This document shows, piece by piece, positions 31,246-41,455 of a DNA stretch of 64,000 nucleotides. The number at the start of each line of letters is the position of its first letter. The first letter of the stretch is position 1. This stretch comes from Desulfobacterium sp. Its GTDB lineage: Bacteria; Desulfobacterota; Desulfobacteria; Desulfobacterales; Desulfobacteraceae. The stretch covers positions 52,244-116,243 of the forward strand of contig JAVERV010000005.1 of NCBI GenBank assembly GCA_034006945.1, written 5' to 3'. A program made the position numbers and the translations under genes. Under the pieces are notes generated by a model. It was not told the DNA's origin. It saw only the letters and a list, made by a program, of their open reading frames with translations, and did no database searches.

Positions 31246-31536
31246 TTATTTTGCCAAAATCTGGATTGTAGAGATGTTGTCTATCGGCACAATACATCTC
31301 TCTATCTTTGTTGAAAAAAAAATGTATCTCCTTATATGCACATTCCTCAACACCAGATGAGTACCTGTGTCTGATAGATCGGCAACATCGGCATGTAAAA
31401 AACATTTGGTGTTCAATGCAGAATCTTTCTCCTTGAAAACCAGTTTGATCTTTTTGTCCACCAGGTTGAGGTAGTCACCAACTCTTTTTAGTTTGAGCAG
31501 GCCTTCAATTTGAAATTGAGCTTTTTTGTCGGTCAT
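31246..31536 (-). CDS. Hypothetical protein
   Basis: 96 aa ORF whose ATG overlaps the stop of the hsdS remnant (TAATG). Confidence 0.5.
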   Translation of the reverse strand: MTDKKAQFQIEGLLKLKRVGDYLNLVDKKIKLVFKEKDSALNTKCFLHADVADLSDTGTHLVLRNVHIRRYIFFSTKIERCIVPIDNISTIQILAK

Positions 31537-31700
31537 TAAACTGCCTGTATTTTTCGTTTTCGGATCGTTTTATTCTTGGGATTCACAACTTTACACTCTG
31601 CTTTGATTGGTTCAATAAGGATTGATGCCGGTTCGTCTGTCGGATCTTGGGGGACGAGTTAACCCCGGAAGGCTTTGGCAAGGATTGATTGATCCAGAAA
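31536..31700 (-). pseudogene. hsdS: C-terminal remnant of a type I R-M specificity subunit (HsdS)
   Basis: Minus frame reads LDQSILAKAFRG*LVPQDPTDEPASILIEPIKAE, the HsdS tail motif, with an in-frame TAA where E is usual. Confidence 0.85.
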
Positions 31701-32150
31701 ATAATTAAACCAAACTACCTATAATTGCAAGTTATCATATATTGGACCCCGAAAAACCGGAAAAAAACGATATAAGGTCATCAGCTGAGAAAATATTTCG
31801 GTCAAGTTTCTATAAATTTGACATTACAAAGAGAATCAGAATTACAAAAATTCATCAGAAAACATCAGGATGCTTTTATTTCATGGAAGGGGCCGAAATG
31901 TTTTGCAGAGTACATAGCTACATCGCTACTTATAAAAAAATGGGATAAGAACAACAGAAGCAATGAGGCTTTTGTTCGAGAACAAACTACCAGGATTCTT
32001 AAAATAATAATTGGGCTCCAACTCAAGTAAATAAATTATGGGGGGGTTAACCCTCCAATCATCTTGGGTGCTGAATAGTTGCCTTTCTTCTTTACTTTTT
32101 GTTTTTGATCATATACTCATTTTCATACTAATTTCTACAAAATACAAACT

Positions 32151-34196
32151 ATGATCTCAGAGGAATTTAAAATGAAATTTAAAGATTTTAGCGTTCAAAA
32201 AAAGTTGTACACGACTTTCGCAGTATTATTCATAACGTCTTCAATCATTATTTATTTCTTTGTATTGGGGCAAGTGGATTCCATAAGAGATACCGAATTG
32301 ATCAGAACAAAAGAGCAGTTGTCCAATGCCCTTGACGGCGCATTAAAAGCAAAAGAGGATACATGGATTACCAATGCCTTACAAATAGCGATGAATGAGG
32401 AGATTGTTGATTCCCTGGATGCTGATGACAGGACAAAAACCATTGAAATTTTAAAACATTACGGAACAATGTTCAAAGAGAATACAGGCTTTAAAAATGT
32501 TGAGATCCATATCGTTGATTCTAAACTGAACTCTTTTGTAAAATCATGGGACAGTACAAGCTTTGGTGAAAGTCTGGATTATAGTGAGGCATTCAAAGAG
32601 ATCAAGAAATCTAAGAAATCCTTAGTTACCATGGAGGAATCTTCAAAAGGGTTAAGGCTCAAAGGATTGTTTCCAATTTTAAAGGAGGGGCGGTTCCTTG
32701 GCATTGCTAATTTTGAGGGTGGACTCAACTCCATTAAAAGGACCTTAGAACCAAGCAATATTGAGTTTTTGTATTTCATGGATGGGAAGTACCTGACTAT
32801 TGCAAAAGGATTAAAATCCAAGCCCAACTTTAAAAATCATTACTTAAGTCAGAACGATGCGGATGACAATTTTTTAAACTATGTTTTAAATGATCTCAAT
32901 CTTGAAGAGGCTCAAAAGAATGGAGCCTTTGACAATAAATATTTTACAGTTGCTCTGCCTGTTAAAGACTTTGCAGGAGAAAAATTAGGTTTTTTCATTC
33001 TTGGAAAAAAAGCTGAACTTGTAACGGAGACAATTAATGCAAGCGCACAAACCACATATAAGGTAATCGGGATTGTTTCGTTGATAGTGCTGCTTCTTCT
33101 TGTTTCAGTTCTTGCTATAATTACTGTTTATGTGACAAATCCATTGAGGGATGTGGTTGCAACCATGAAGGACATTGCCGAGGGAGAAGGAGATCTTACC
33201 GTTCGAATCAAGACAAATTCTAAGGATGAAATCGGTGAGTTGGGGAGCTGGTTCAATGTTTTTATAGAAAAACTCAACAGGCTTGTTTCCAATATTGTAG
33301 AGAATACACAAGCTCTGCATACGTCTTCCAAAGAACTGTCCAGCGTGTCGATGCAGATGACTTCCGACGTCGATCAACTTTCAACCCAGACCCATAGCGT
33401 GGCTGCTGCAGCAGAAGAAATGAGCACTAATATGACCTCCGTGTCGGCAACCATGGAGCAGGCTTTCATGAATGTGAATCAGGTGGCCTCGGCAACGGAG
33501 GAAATGACAGCCACCATTGGTGAAATTTCAACCAATACGGAAAAAACAAGCTCCATCACAGCACAGGCGGTTGTCGAAGCTAAAAAAGCGTCGGAAAAAA
33601 TCAATGAACTTGGGAAAACCGCAAGAGATATCGGAAAAGTAACCGAAGCCATTCAGGATATCAGTGAGCAGACCAATTTGCTGGCTTTAAACGCCACCAT
33701 TGAAGCTGCCAGGGCAGGTGAAGCTGGCAAGGGGTTTGCTGTGGTTGCAGGTGAAATAAAAAACCTTGCCAACCAGACAGCAGCAGCAACAATTGATATT
33801 CGCCAGAAGATCGAAGGCATTCAATTGATCAGCGGCCAGACTGTGGATGAGATCAGGCGTGTAACAGATATTATTACCGATGTTAATGACCTGGTAAACA
33901 CTGTGGTATCAGCGGTTGAAGAACAAACCGTAGCAACCAGTGAAATTGCCAAAAATATTAATCAAACCTCCATTGGATTCAACGACATTAATAAAAATGT
34001 TGCACAGACGAACGATGTTGCTGGTCAGATCGCCAGGGACATTGCCTTGGAGGATCAATCAGTCACTGCAATGGCAGGTAGCTCTGCTCGGGTAACTGAA
34101 AGTGCGGCAAATCTGAGCAAACTCGCAGAAAAGATGTCTCTCATTACCGGTCAATTTAAAATCAATGATAATGGGGTTCATACCGCACAGGAATAA
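32151..34196 (+). CDS. Methyl-accepting chemotaxis protein (Cache-like sensor, HAMP and MA domains)
   Basis: Two TMs; GEGDLT..DEIG; [31 protein letters not shown]; start 32151 or 32172. Confidence 0.94.
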   Translation: MISEEFKMKFKDFSVQKKLYTTFAVLFITSSIIIYFFVLGQVDSIRDTELIRTKEQLSNALDGALKAKEDTWITNALQIAMNEEIVDSLDADDRTKTIEILKHYGTMFKENTGFKNVEIHIVDSKLNSFVKSWDSTSFGESLDYSEAFKEIKKSKKSLVTMEESSKGLRLKGLFPILKEGRFLGIANFEGGLNSIKRTLEPSNIEFLYFMDGKYLTIAKGLKSKPNFKNHYLSQNDADDNFLNYVLNDLNLEEAQKNGAFDNKYFTVALPVKDFAGEKLGFFILGKKAELVTETINASAQTTYKVIGIVSLIVLLLLVSVLAIITVYVTNPLRDVVATMKDIAEGEGDLTVRIKTNSKDEIGELGSWFNVFIEKLNRLVSNIVENTQALHTSSKELSSVSMQMTSDVDQLSTQTHSVAAAAEEMSTNMTSVSATMEQAFMNVNQVASATEEMTATIGEISTNTEKTSSITAQAVVEAKKASEKINELGKTARDIGKVTEAIQDISEQTNLLALNATIEAARAGEAGKGFAVVAGEIKNLANQTAAATIDIRQKIEGIQLISGQTVDEIRRVTDIITDVNDLVNTVVSAVEEQTVATSEIAKNINQTSIGFNDINKNVAQTNDVAGQIARDIALEDQSVTAMAGSSARVTESAANLSKLAEKMSLITGQFKINDNGVHTAQE

Positions 34197-34497
34197 AATC
34201 CTCTGCCCTGCGTACGCTGCCCGGCAACGGGTCAAGGCGGAAGAGTAATCATTCCATGGGTTGAATCACTGGTCAACCACCAGCCCCCATATCCCTGAGT
34301 CCGGCAATATGTGCCGCCAGGGACAGGCGGCCTAGGTGTAAGTATTAGGACAAATTCTTTCCTGATGGTGCTTGGGCTGATGCGTCACTGGGGCCGGGGT
34401 GGATCACATTGCCGGACATTGAAAAAAATGGGATCACTTCACCATATCCATTCTCTTAAATGCTGTGTCTTACAGGCACCGACGGTGTTTTTTATCA

Positions 34498-34956
34498 TTA
34501 TTCTCTAGTTTCAAGGGAATCAGATCTGGGGGCAGGGCGGTTGGAATCAGTAACTATTTCTCCTGTATTTGCAATGACTTGAACGGCACGATCATCGTAG
34601 AGCCTGATCATGTCATAGTCTTTTACGTTGGTCACCTCAAGGTTGGGAAGTCCGTTTTTTACAAGCCAGGCCTTAACCAGCTTTACCTGCTCGCTATCTT
34701 CGGCCCGGGCAGTGAATATTTTAACCCTCACGCCGTTATTTACCATGGACTTCACGAGATCAAGCATTTTTGGAACAGCCTCTCCGACCCTTGCAAGGGA
34801 GAGATTTCTGTCCGACCTTGCAAGGGTTCCGTCAAGATCAACACCGATCCACCCAGGAGAAAGGAAATTATCATCAGTTTCAGCAACAGGCACTGAATGG
34901 TGTCTGGTCGATTCCTGCTTTTTCTTTCGAATGAACTCTTTGAATCTCTTAATCAT
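34498..34956 (-). CDS. HAD-superfamily protein (minimal, PNK-3'-phosphatase-like)
   Basis: WIGVDLDGTLA, IFTAR, K...YDDRA. Confidence 0.75.
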   Translation of the reverse strand: MIKRFKEFIRKKKQESTRHHSVPVAETDDNFLSPGWIGVDLDGTLARSDRNLSLARVGEAVPKMLDLVKSMVNNGVRVKIFTARAEDSEQVKLVKAWLVKNGLPNLEVTNVKDYDMIRLYDDRAVQVIANTGEIVTDSNRPAPRSDSLETRE

Positions 34957-34977
34957 CCCAACCTACGGCTTTATTGT

Positions 34978-35044
34978 GGCCATCACAAAGGGGACCACAA
35001 GGGTTTCCCCGACATTGGCTCGGCTTTTTTTATCGAGTTTCATG
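34978..35044 (-). repeat. Degenerate partial copy of the modular repeat with REP cargo
   Basis: GGCCATCACAAAGGGGACCACAAGGGTTTCCCCGACATTGGCTCGGCTTTTTTATCGAGTTTCATG aligns with 12352-12420. Confidence 0.7.
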
Positions 35045-35065
35045 TATCTTTACCCAGAGTAACGC

Positions 35066-35773
35066 CTAATCCCTTGTACCTCCAAAAATATGAAGCAGCA
35101 TAAGAAACATGTTGATAAAATCTAGATAAAGGGTCAAGGCTCCCATGATGGCGCCTTTGCGAATAACAGATCCGGACAGGCCTTCGGGCTGGGTCATTGC
35201 CATAGTCTTAAGTTTCTGAGTATCATAGGCGGTAAGACCGACAAAGACGATTACTCCTATATAGGAGATAATCATGGTCATGGCCGGGCTTCTCAAAAAC
35301 ATGTTCACAAGGGAGGCAATGATAATACCGATCAGTCCCATCATCATGAATCCGCCCATGGAGGTAAGATCACGCTTTGTGATCATGCCGTAGACGCTGC
35401 ATGCAGAAAAGGTTAAGGCACAGATGAAAAAGGTGGAAACAATGGAGGAGCTTGTATAGATAAGGAAGATGGCCGACAGGGTCACGCCGTTGAGCGCAGA
35501 ATAAAGCACAAAGAGCCCGGTTGCCGTTGAGGCCTGGAGCTTTTGAACCCTGGCGCTGAGGAAAAAGACAAGACCAAGCTGACCGATAATCAAACCAAAG
35601 AAAAGAAGCTGGTTACCGAAAATGGCGCGCATGATGGTTTCATTTCCCGACACATAAAAGGCGGTAAAGCCAGTTAAGGCAAGTCCTATGGCCATCCAGT
35701 TGTAGACGCTCCGGATAAAAGAGTTGACCCTGACAAGGGTTGCTGCATTGGTAAATGTTGACTGGGTGCTCAT
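35066..35773 (-). CDS. Bax inhibitor-1/YccA family membrane protein (YbhL-like)
   Basis: Seven TMs; VYNWM, TKRDLT, LTAYDTQKLK, ALTLYLDFIN. Confidence 0.92.
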   Translation of the reverse strand: MSTQSTFTNAATLVRVNSFIRSVYNWMAIGLALTGFTAFYVSGNETIMRAIFGNQLLFFGLIIGQLGLVFFLSARVQKLQASTATGLFVLYSALNGVTLSAIFLIYTSSSIVSTFFICALTFSACSVYGMITKRDLTSMGGFMMMGLIGIIIASLVNMFLRSPAMTMIISYIGVIVFVGLTAYDTQKLKTMAMTQPEGLSGSVIRKGAIMGALTLYLDFINMFLMLLHIFGGTRD

Positions 35774-35958
35774 GAATTAAAACCTCCTGAAAAATTTTAT
35801 GGGAAATTACCACCGAACAAGCAACGGGCTTTCATTGCTACGGTTTATTAATCAAAGGAATATAACACAGGTGGATTTCATTTCAAGTCTTTAACATGTT
35901 GCGGCGTTGTTTTGACGGTTTGAAAAATACTGGAAATAGATCCGGGTACCACACTTAA

Positions 35959-35986
35959 AGTTTACATAATATATATTATCGGACAA
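35959..35986 (-). other. dif: XerC/XerD dif site (chromosome dimer resolution)
   Basis: Minus strand TTGTCCGATAA-TATATA-TTATGTAAACT has the 11-6-11 layout, resembling E. coli dif GGTGCGCATAA-TGTATA-TTATGTTAAAT; intergenic. Confidence 0.85.
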
Positions 35987-36085
35987 CGATATGTGATCAC
36001 ATCTGTTGAATTTGTTGTTTTCATACCAATTTTCATTGTTATTCTCCGCCCCCTGTTTTATAAATAACTCTTTGTCGATGCATAG

Positions 36086-37468
36086 ATGGTGAGGATAAAG
36101 ATAGAGACCATGGTTCAGGTAAATGATTTTAGACAGATATTCACCGTTTCAAAACTCACAGGTGCGATAAAAGCCCTTGTTGAGGAGAGCTTTCCCCTTG
36201 TATGGATTACAGGTGAAGTTTCTAATTTTTCCCTGCCGGCATCGGGTCATGCCTATTTTTCCCTGAAGGATGCCAACTCTGTTATCTCGGGTGTAATGTT
36301 TCGAAACCAGCGGAAGCGTTTAAGGTTTGCCCCTGAAAACGGTATGAAGATTGTTGGTATGGGCAGACTCAGCCTTTACGAGCCAAGGGGCACCTATCAG
36401 ATTATCTTTGAGCATATGGAGCCTTCCGGCACAGGAGCCCTCCAGGCTGCCTTTGAACAGCTCAAACAAAAGCTCGCACTTGAAGGCCTGTTTGATCAGG
36501 ATCGAAAGAGAAAGATTCCGTATCTTCCGGAAAAGATCAGCATTGTCACCTCCCCAACCGGAGCCGTTATACGGGATATCATCAACGTTTCAACCCGGCG
36601 TTTTCCAAATATTGCCCTTGAGATTGTTCCGGTCAAGGTTCAGGGTGTCGGTGCTGACGCTGAAATAGCAGAGGCCGTTGCCCTGGTAAACAGGATGGCA
36701 GAGAGTGACCTCATTATAGTGGCAAGGGGCGGTGGCTCCCTTGAGGACCTTGTTGCCTTTAATTCGGAAGTCGTTGCAAGGGCCATTTTTAACTCAACCA
36801 TCCCTGTTATCTCAGCCGTGGGCCATGAGACTGATTTTACCATTGCCGACTTTGTGGCTGATGTAAGGGCCCCTACTCCGTCGGCCGCTGCCGAACTTGC
36901 CCTTCCTGAAAAGAGCGCCCTCTTCTCTCGAATCATGGAACAACGGACAACGATCCTCCGGGCGATCACTCTGAAACAAGCCTCTATCCGGGAGCGAATC
37001 CTTGATCTTACCGCAAGATTAAAGGACCCCAAGCGGTCTGTGGATGACCTGCGATTCAAACTTGAGGATCTTGAATCAAGGATGGCAAGGCTGATCCACA
37101 AACGAACGGCCGCCTGCAGGGAGCGCCTTGACTGGTTTGTCCATGCGCTCTTTGCAAATTCACCCGCCCGTCTGGTGCTAAGCGAACGGGAAACCGTCAA
37201 TGCCCGCAAACACCACCTTGAGAAGTCAATGACCACGACTCTGGGACGGTACCGGGGATGCATAAACGAATTAACGGCAAGACTTGAGGCATTGGGCCCC
37301 ATGGGGGTGCTTGACCGGGGATACAGCATTACAAGAACCCATCCTGGCAAGAGCATTGTCATGAATTCAGCAGAAATTGAAATAGACAATACAGTGGAGA
37401 TTATCCTTGCCCAGGGAACTCTTTTCTGTGAGGTAAAAGAAAAAAATGACCAAAAAAAAGACATTTGA
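36086..37468 (+). CDS. xseA: Exodeoxyribonuclease VII large subunit
   Basis: GEVSN..SGHAYFSLKD, RGGGSLEDL, SAVGHETD, APTPSAAAE; start 36086 or 36110. Confidence 0.96.
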   Translation: MVRIKIETMVQVNDFRQIFTVSKLTGAIKALVEESFPLVWITGEVSNFSLPASGHAYFSLKDANSVISGVMFRNQRKRLRFAPENGMKIVGMGRLSLYEPRGTYQIIFEHMEPSGTGALQAAFEQLKQKLALEGLFDQDRKRKIPYLPEKISIVTSPTGAVIRDIINVSTRRFPNIALEIVPVKVQGVGADAEIAEAVALVNRMAESDLIIVARGGGSLEDLVAFNSEVVARAIFNSTIPVISAVGHETDFTIADFVADVRAPTPSAAAELALPEKSALFSRIMEQRTTILRAITLKQASIRERILDLTARLKDPKRSVDDLRFKLEDLESRMARLIHKRTAACRERLDWFVHALFANSPARLVLSERETVNARKHHLEKSMTTTLGRYRGCINELTARLEALGPMGVLDRGYSITRTHPGKSIVMNSAEIEIDNTVEIILAQGTLFCEVKEKNDQKKDI

Positions 37469-37673
37469 ATCGTCCATGACCGAGCTTGAAAAGATCGTAA
37501 AAGAGCTTGAATCGGGTAACCTTTCCCTTGAAAAGGCGGTCGCCCTTTTTGAGCAGGGAAAGAAAGTATCTGATTTCTGCCTGAAAAAACTTGATGAGAC
37601 TGAGGCTAAAATTACTCTTCTCATGACCGATGACAAAGGCAATACAACCCAAGAGCCGTTCAGCAATGAATGA
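37446..37673 (+). CDS. xseB: Exodeoxyribonuclease VII small subunit
   Basis: FE....LE.IV..LE.G.L.LE.....FE.G. Confidence 0.95.
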   Translation: MTKKKTFESSMTELEKIVKELESGNLSLEKAVALFEQGKKVSDFCLKKLDETEAKITLLMTDDKGNTTQEPFSNE

Positions 37674-38604
37674 TTTTGATTTTAAGGCATATCTTAAAAC
37701 CAGGCAAGCCCTTGTAAATAGGAGGCTCCAGGCTATACTTGCGGCCCTTGGGCCCCAGCGGGAGCTTATCCGTGCCATGACCCATTCCCTCATGTCTGGC
37801 GGGAAGAGGCTCAGACCCATTCTCTGCCTTGCCGCATGTGATGCCTGCTCCCGGGATATGTCTGAACCTAGGTTACCGGATCAGAGTCTTGCCATGCCTG
37901 CCGCCTGCGCCCTTGAGATGATCCACACCTATTCCCTTATCCATGACGATCTTCCAGCCATGGACAATGATAATCTGAGGCGGGGAGTACCCACCTGTCA
38001 CAGGGCGTTTAACGAATCCACCGCCATTCTTGCTGGTGACGGACTTTTGACCCACGCCTTTTATATTCTGGCGCAGCCAGAATCGTTGTTCCCAGCATTT
38101 CCAGATCCCCAGATCCGCCTTGAAACGGTTGCAATCCTTTCCGATGCAGCAGGGGTGAATGGCATGGTGGAGGGCCAGATCCTTGACATGATCGCCCAGA
38201 GCAGCAGCGAAACTGTCCCTTCCCTTGAATTATTGACCCGTATCCACGCCTTGAAGACCGGGCGTATGATACGGGCAAGCGTTCTTGCGGGAGCGGTTTC
38301 AGCCAAAGCAGACCAGACCATGCGAGACAGACTTATAGTTTATGCGGAAAAAACAGGGCTTGCGTTTCAGATCGTGGACGATATTCTGGATGTGGAAGGT
38401 GATCCAAAGGTGATGGGAAAAACCGCTGGATCTGACCTGGACAATCACAAGATGACTTTTCCTTCGATCATGGGACTTGGGTCTTCCAAAAAATATGCCC
38501 ATAACCTTATACAAGAGGCAGTTCAAGCCCTTGACCTGTTTGAACCCAAAAAGACCCTGGCACTTAAGGCCATTGCAGAATATATCCTCTGCCGAAAAGG
38601 TTGA
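37666..38604 (+). CDS. ispA: Geranyl/farnesyl diphosphate synthase
   Basis: GGKRLRP, SLIHDDLPAMD..LRRG, KTG, FQIVDDILD. Confidence 0.94.
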   Translation: MNDFDFKAYLKTRQALVNRRLQAILAALGPQRELIRAMTHSLMSGGKRLRPILCLAACDACSRDMSEPRLPDQSLAMPAACALEMIHTYSLIHDDLPAMDNDNLRRGVPTCHRAFNESTAILAGDGLLTHAFYILAQPESLFPAFPDPQIRLETVAILSDAAGVNGMVEGQILDMIAQSSSETVPSLELLTRIHALKTGRMIRASVLAGAVSAKADQTMRDRLIVYAEKTGLAFQIVDDILDVEGDPKVMGKTAGSDLDNHKMTFPSIMGLGSSKKYAHNLIQEAVQALDLFEPKKTLALKAIAEYILCRKG

Positions 38605-38625
38605 GGATAAGGAGAAACGAGAATT

Positions 38626-40494
38626 TTGAGTTTGCTTAAAAACATCAAAAACGGACAGGATTTAAAACAGCTCTCCAAAAAGGAACTGCCGATCCTGGCC
38701 CGGGAAATCCGGGAGAGAATCATTGAGGTAGTATCCAAAAACGGAGGGCACCTTGCCTCAAGCCTTGGTGCCGTGGAACTGACCCTTGCCATCCATTACG
38801 TGTTTGACATTCCCCTTGACACCCTTGTTTGGGATGTGGGGCATCAGGCATACGCCCACAAGCTTTTGACCGGCAGGGAGGAGAGGTTTGACACCCTTCG
38901 ACAGTATAAGGGGATAACCGGGTTTACGAAAATGAGTGAAAGCCCCTGTGATGGCTTTACGGTGGGCCATTCAAGCACCTCCATATCGGCGGGCCTCGGC
39001 ATTGCCATGGGCCGTCACCTTAAGGGCCGGGACGGAAAGGTTATTTCGGTCATCGGCGACGGATCACTCACCGCAGGCCTTGCCTTTGAAGGTCTTAATC
39101 AGGCAGGAGACTCCAAACGTGATCTTCTGGTAATCCTCAATGACAATGACATGTCCATCGCTCCCAATGTGGGTGCCCTCTCTTCGTTTCTCAGCCGCAC
39201 GTTTTCTTCGAAATATCTCCAGAACATGAAGAAAGAGTTCGGCATTTTCTTAAAGTCATTGCCCGGCATCGGGGACGAGATGTATAAAATTGCAAAGCGT
39301 TCTGAAGAGTCTTTCAAGGCCTTTGTAACCCCCGGCATGCTGTTTGAGGCGTTCAACTTCGACTATTTCGGACCGATCAACGGCCATAATCTGACCCACC
39401 TTATCGACATCCTGGAAAACATAAAGAAACACGACGAGCCGGTGCTTCTCCATGTGATAACAAAAAAGGGAAAAGGATATCCTCCTGCTGAAAAAAACCC
39501 GGTTTTTTTCCACGGGGTCGGTTCCTTCAACATCAATACCGGCGGGTGTATAAAAAAAGGGGGGAAGATTCCCTCGTACACGGACATATTCGGCTGCACC
39601 ATGGTCGAACTTGCCCGAAAAGACCTTGAAATCGTTGCAATAACGGCTGCCATGCCGGAAGGTACAGGGCTTAAAAGATTTTCCGACCTGTATCCAGACC
39701 GGTTTTTCGATGTGGGCATTGCAGAGCAGCATGCCGTAACCTTTGCCGCAGGTCTTGCCACCCAGGGGTTAAAACCTGTGGTTGCCATTTATTCCACCTT
39801 CATGCAGAGGGCCTATGATCAGATCCTCCACGATGTGTGCGTGGAATCTCTCCCCGTTGTCCTTGCCCTTGACCGGGGCGGAATCGTGGGACAGGACGGC
39901 CCGACCCACCACGGCCTGTTCGATTACAGCTATCTTAGAAACATGCCCAACATGACCATTATGGCGCCAAAGGATGAAAACGAACTTGCAAGGATGGTAA
40001 AAACTGCAGTTGACCATGACGGGCCCATTGCCCTTCACTACCCAAGGGGCCGGGGCCAGGGTGTGGACGTTGATTCGGAAATAAAACCCATTGCCATCGG
40101 CCGGGCAGAAACCCTGATTCAAGGTAAAGATGTTACCATCATCGCCATTGGCCGCATGGTGGGCGAAGCCGTTACTGCCGCCCTTGAACTTGCAACCCTT
40201 GGTATATCATGTGGAGTTATCAATGCTCGGTTTGTCAAACCCCTGGACAAGACCCTGATCCTTGAAACGATCAAAGAAACAGGGGCCCTTGTAACGGCTG
40301 AAGAGCATGTCCTGGATGGCGGATTCGGCAGCGCAGTCCTGGAACTTCTATCTGACAACGACGCACTTCCCTGCAGGGTAAGACGGGTCGGCATCAGGGA
40401 CACCTTTGTTGAGCATGGACCCCAGGAGATCCTTCGAGCAGAATACGGGGTTGATGCCGCAGCCATTGTCCGGGCCGCAAGGGAGATCGTTTGA
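38626..40494 (+). CDS. dxs: 1-deoxy-D-xylulose-5-phosphate synthase
   Basis: GGHLASSLG, WDVGHQAY.HK, GDG, IAEQHA, YSTFMQR.YDQ; TTG start. Confidence 0.97.
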   Translation: MSLLKNIKNGQDLKQLSKKELPILAREIRERIIEVVSKNGGHLASSLGAVELTLAIHYVFDIPLDTLVWDVGHQAYAHKLLTGREERFDTLRQYKGITGFTKMSESPCDGFTVGHSSTSISAGLGIAMGRHLKGRDGKVISVIGDGSLTAGLAFEGLNQAGDSKRDLLVILNDNDMSIAPNVGALSSFLSRTFSSKYLQNMKKEFGIFLKSLPGIGDEMYKIAKRSEESFKAFVTPGMLFEAFNFDYFGPINGHNLTHLIDILENIKKHDEPVLLHVITKKGKGYPPAEKNPVFFHGVGSFNINTGGCIKKGGKIPSYTDIFGCTMVELARKDLEIVAITAAMPEGTGLKRFSDLYPDRFFDVGIAEQHAVTFAAGLATQGLKPVVAIYSTFMQRAYDQILHDVCVESLPVVLALDRGGIVGQDGPTHHGLFDYSYLRNMPNMTIMAPKDENELARMVKTAVDHDGPIALHYPRGRGQGVDVDSEIKPIAIGRAETLIQGKDVTIIAIGRMVGEAVTAALELATLGISCGVINARFVKPLDKTLILETIKETGALVTAEEHVLDGGFGSAVLELLSDNDALPCRVRRVGIRDTFVEHGPQEILRAEYGVDAAAIVRAAREIV

Positions 40495-41303
40495 CAGCTG
40501 TAAAAAAACATTCCGATCCCCTATCTTTGAATACGAACAACAAAAAAACAGGCAAAAAGCGTCTTGATCTGCTGCTTGTGGAGCGTAACCTGGTTCAGTC
40601 AAGGGAAAGGGCAAAGGCTGTGATAATGGCCGGTCAGGTGATGGTGGATGACCTTATGATTGACAAGGCTGGAACCCCTGTTGCAACCGATGCTCAGATT
40701 ATTCTGCGGGGTGAAGATATCCCCTTTGTGAGCCGGGGCGGCTTAAAGTTAGACCATGCCATCAGACACCTCAACCTGACGGTGAAAGGCTTAGTCTGCC
40801 TTGACATCGGGGCATCCACGGGCGGATTTACCGACTGCCTGCTCAAGAACGGTGCCGCCTTTGTCCATGCCGTTGATGTGGGGTATGGACAGCTTGACTG
40901 GTCCCTGAGACAGGATCCAAGGGTTGACGTGATTGAGCGTACCAATATCCGCTACATGGATTTCGACCGCATCGGCCGTACTGTTGATCTTGTAACAGTT
41001 GACACCTCTTTTATATCGTTAAAAATCGTGGTGCCGGCGGCTGAGAAGTTCATGCATAAGGACACCAGGGTTCTGGCCCTGATCAAACCACAGTTTGAGG
41101 CGGGAAAATCACGGGTAGGTAAGGGAGGTGTTGTCAGGGACCCAAAGGTAAGAGAGGAAATTATACAGGAAATAAGCGAATTTTTTACCCTCAGGGGATA
41201 TGTGACAGGAGAGGTCATCCCCTCTCCTGTTCCAGGCCCAAAGGGAAACCTGGAATTTATAATATCCTTGCGGTATTCAGAAGATATATGTAACAAGGTA
41301 TAA
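40491..41303 (+). CDS. tlyA: TlyA family rRNA methyltransferase
   Basis: S4 domain, VSRGGLKL, DIGASTGGFTD, IKPQFE, GN.EF. Confidence 0.94.
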   Translation: MTAVKKHSDPLSLNTNNKKTGKKRLDLLLVERNLVQSRERAKAVIMAGQVMVDDLMIDKAGTPVATDAQIILRGEDIPFVSRGGLKLDHAIRHLNLTVKGLVCLDIGASTGGFTDCLLKNGAAFVHAVDVGYGQLDWSLRQDPRVDVIERTNIRYMDFDRIGRTVDLVTVDTSFISLKIVVPAAEKFMHKDTRVLALIKPQFEAGKSRVGKGGVVRDPKVREEIIQEISEFFTLRGYVTGEVIPSPVPGPKGNLEFIISLRYSEDICNKV

Positions 41304-41317
41304 TCTTGTTTACCAAC

Positions 41318-41434
41318 AACCGGCATGGTCGGAGCGTAAGAGATTTGGAGTAAGAGACTTGGCCTGAGGTGTCGCTCGGCCACAACGTAATATGAAACTC
41401 CTCTGCGGGTGACGTCCCAGCTGGAGTTTCCCAT
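41318..41434 (+). repeat. Dispersed copy of the modular repeat in the leader of the EF-G paralogue
   Basis: AACCGGCATGGTCGGAGCG...CGCTCGGCCACAACGTAATATGAAACTCC...GGAGTTTCCCATA. Confidence 0.75.
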
Positions 41435-41455
41435 AAAACTGGAAAAGGAGCTCTA

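Noticed and set aside
31742-32030. Two short overlapping AT-rich ORFs
   Set aside because: Non-ATG starts and no motifs; may be a remnant but this cannot be supported
25752-36000. Intact prophage/ICE at tRNA-Arg, or a dif-integrated element
   Set aside because: I found no integrase, att duplication, second dif-like site, or phage or conjugation genes
36640-37464. Long antisense ORFs (also 9653-10321, 51445-52293, 53942-54748, 57642-58352)
   Set aside because: Shadows of well-supported genes on the opposite strand
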